A stretch of DNA of 64,000 bases from NCBI RefSeq assembly GCF_006345805.1, contig NC_043005.1, forward strand, positions 54,560,001-54,624,000, written 5' to 3'. Shown here piece after piece: positions 61,367 to 64,000 of this stretch (position 1 is its first letter; each line of letters opens with the position of its first letter). The stretch is from Octopus sinensis. Taxonomy: Eukaryota. A model generated the notes under the pieces. The model made no database searches, had not been told where the DNA came from, and worked only from the letters and a program-made list of their open reading frames with translations. Made by a program: the position numbers and the translations under genes.

Positions 61367-61444
61367 GTTGTCATTATAGCACTCAGAGTTTCGAATGTCG
61401 GAGCGAAGAGCTACGATACATTCTCGTCGGCTATTAATGACAAC
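61367..61444 (-). ncRNA. Type I hammerhead fold with two core substitutions (U4C, H17G) (family P6)
   Basis: GUUGUCAUUAAUAG CCGACGA GAAUGU-(19 nt)-ACAUUC GAAA CUCUGAG U G CUAUAAUGACAAC: 13-bp stem I with one bulge, 6-bp stem II, ACUC-U-GAGU stem III. Confidence 0.75.
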
Positions 61445-62432
61445 AAATGCTACAAAAAGACCATTAGCTATAAGGGAAGTAGCTCTAATAGGTGGAAAAA
61501 GAAAAAAGAAAAAAAGATAAAAATATTATAAAGAATATATAAAATATATATATATAAAAATATACACACAACCATATTCTCACAATACATACACATAAAC
61601 CTCCTGTGTTCACAATGTCTACATACATACTAAATACGCAAACATGTATACGTACATGCACACATACACACAGACAAGCATATAAGTATGTAAGTATAAA
61701 CTTATACATACACACATATCCACAAACACAGAAGTACACATACTAATACTAACATTAATTTAGCTAATACCATCCAACCCTCTAGAAATATTAATAACAA
61801 GGTTATTTTATCTGAGGTCAATTCCAATAGTATTAAGTTTATGTCAAGTAACTCTAAGGTTAAAAATTCTATATACCAGTGTATAATCAGTACTCGTAAT
61901 AAAGTATGACTTTACATTGGAAGTACATCGTTAGAGTTATCTAAAAGAATTTCTATCCATTACTCAACATTTAGGGATAGAAATAAACGGAATAGTACCG
62001 GTCTCAGCAAACTGATTTGGGATTTAAAAGACCATAATGAACAATTTCATTTAGAATGGTTGATTCTCCCAATTTCGATACCATATGACAAAGGCAAGAA
62101 ATTCTGTCTTCTCTGCAATTCTGAGCTGTTTTTCATTATTTTTTCTAAAAATACTCTAGTAAACACGGTTATAGAGCGAGCATACAGATGTAAGCATTGG
62201 CAAAAACATACATTTAGTGCATATAAGTAGTCTCTATCATTATATATAATTTAAACTTTAATTTCCTTTATATTTAACATTCACTATTAATTCCCTACTG
62301 TTTCTGTTAGCTACTTATGACGTTATATCATATAACGTTTTTTTAAACAATATTAATAGCGTTCTGTCTATCGCTATATACAAATCCATCATTTTTTGCT
62401 AAAATGTCTTATTGACGAGTTTCGTTTTATTC

Positions 62433-62519
62433 ACTTTCCTGAGGAGAAGATTGCATTGTTTATACCATTTATTCTTTTGAATAGTATCAGTGGAATTTTC
62501 GAAACATGTGTCGAAAGTA
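62433..62519 (+). ncRNA. Complete type I hammerhead ribozyme, predicted cleavage after C62513 (family P7)
   Basis: ACUUUC CUGAGGA GAAGAUU...AAUUUUC GAAA C AUGU GU C GAAAGU: 6-bp stem I, canonical core, G10.1-C11.1, 7-bp stem II extended by three further helices, GUC triplet. Confidence 0.85.
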
Positions 62520-63056
62520 AAAATATTTGATTACACCTGCGTTAACTCCATTTTTTTATTCATATATATATGTACACAACCTCATCCTCATATATACATA
62601 GATGCTTACATGCATACTCGTAACATAATATGTATATTTAGACGTTTATTCCTTATTTCTCTCTTTCTTTCTCTCTCTCTCCCTCTCTCCTTTTCTCTTT
62701 CTCTCTCTTTGATTACGGAATACCTAGGCGAAATGGAAACTTGCATTGAATAATAAGACCCACATACATAGCTATACTGGAAACAGCTGTATGGGATTTT
62801 AACCATTTACTATAACTAGTCTGCACTAGGTTTATAAAATGAATTATAAATTAAAGGCTCTGAAGTGATAGCATATGTTTTACTTGCTCATTTTCCATCT
62901 TAATATATATATATCTCCCCTCTCAAGGATGCACCACTTCTAGCCATCTTTTACAGGCAGCTTCAACAGTACTTTTTCCAGAGTTTTCATGGTAACCGAG
63001 CAATTATAGTACATATGTATTACTTTATGTCTTCAGAATAAACTCTTCTTTATATA

Positions 63057-63667
63057 TCTATATATATAAAACTCAACTTGTGTGTCTGTGTGTGTATCTG
63101 TGTGTGTATCTGTGTGTGTGTCTGTGTGTTTAACTTCCCAGCACATCTCCTCCTAGCCAAAAAATCGTAGAACCACCAAAAATGGGTCACTTAAAGTTTA
63201 GGCGAATGAAAATTGAACTGCACTATTTCTGTTCCAAAATTCATCTCGCAAGTGTAAAAATCGATAATGTGTTTGTTTAGGCCTTATCCCATGCATTGAA
63301 TAGTGAACTTTACTCAGTCAGCTGTTTCAACACACGTGCAAGCATGCGTAAATTGCATGAAAAATCAAAAATCAAGATATAAAAACGAATCGCCGTAAAC
63401 ATTGTAGAAATTCAGCAAAGAAATGAATTTTCAGGATGTAGCCGGAGGGTTTTTTTGTATTAATCATTTGGACTTTATGAACACATACCAATTGTTTTCA
63501 TAACATTTTTAATGCTTTGAATTAAACGTGACCATTTTGCGTTGAGTCTGCAGTTTGAATCACTTTAACCAAATTTTAGCAGGCCGGATTTTTGATCATC
63601 ACGATACATCACCAGTAACTCCTGAAACTCTCCCCTGAATCCCCATTGAGCCGGGCAATACTGCTAG
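63057..63667 (+). mobile_element. Non-autonomous Helitron with both ends
   Basis: A/TCTATATATATAAAA start, (TG)-rich microsatellite, 3' CCC...GCCGGG CAATACTG CTAG/T; inserted in AT without a TSD. Confidence 0.85.
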
Positions 63668-63745
<78 letters not shown>

Positions 63746-63774
63746 TGTATAGATAGATATAGATATATATATAT

Positions 63775-64000
63775 TACGGAGATGTACTTGCATAGCAAGT
63801 GATTTGATCTGAGATCGTGTGCTGGAACGAAAACAATTGCAGTGTGGAAGGTGTTTGTAAGCCATTTAAGAAACACACAAAAGTTGTTCGATTCACTTCA
63901 ACATTTAAGTTTAATTTGTCAAAATATTTCGTCGCTAAAATCCCCGCGACCTGTTCACTGACAAAATCTGTGCTGCACGATTTTTGTCAGTGAACAGGTC
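63775..64000. mobile_element. Foldback MITE-like element, cut by the window end
   Basis: TACGGAGATGTACTTGCATAGCAAG... close to 2648-2860; centre GACCTGTTCACTGACAAAA...TTTTGTCAGTGAACAGGTC. Confidence 0.9.

Overview
Strongly AT-rich, microsatellite-dense animal genomic DNA. The repeat families (tRNA-headed SINEs with CORE-like and Deu/Nin-like cores, RTE 3' ends with (GAT)n tails, mariner/Tc1 relics) resemble an octopus genome; this is my recognition, not a database result. I found no host protein-coding gene, and most ORFs in the supplied track are translations of (TA)n, (TG)n or (CAT)n repeats. Recognisable coding sequence is transposon-derived: three mariner and two Tc1/maT-like transposase relics, two CR1-clade LINE ORF2 ends, one RTE ORF2 end and two Penelope GIY-YIG fragments. 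A complete tRNA-Thr(UGU) cloverleaf (54322-54394, minus) abuts a CR1-type 3' tail. The main result is a set of type I hammerhead ribozyme (HHR) folds in about seven unrelated short elements, nearly all beside (TA)n tracts and with self-complementary stem III. One (62433-62519, plus) has a fully canonical core and a GUC cleavage site; the others carry one or a few core substitutions. The window also holds Helitron-like and foldback elements and two old local inverted duplications. All folds and alignments were done by eye, and repeat boundaries are approximate.
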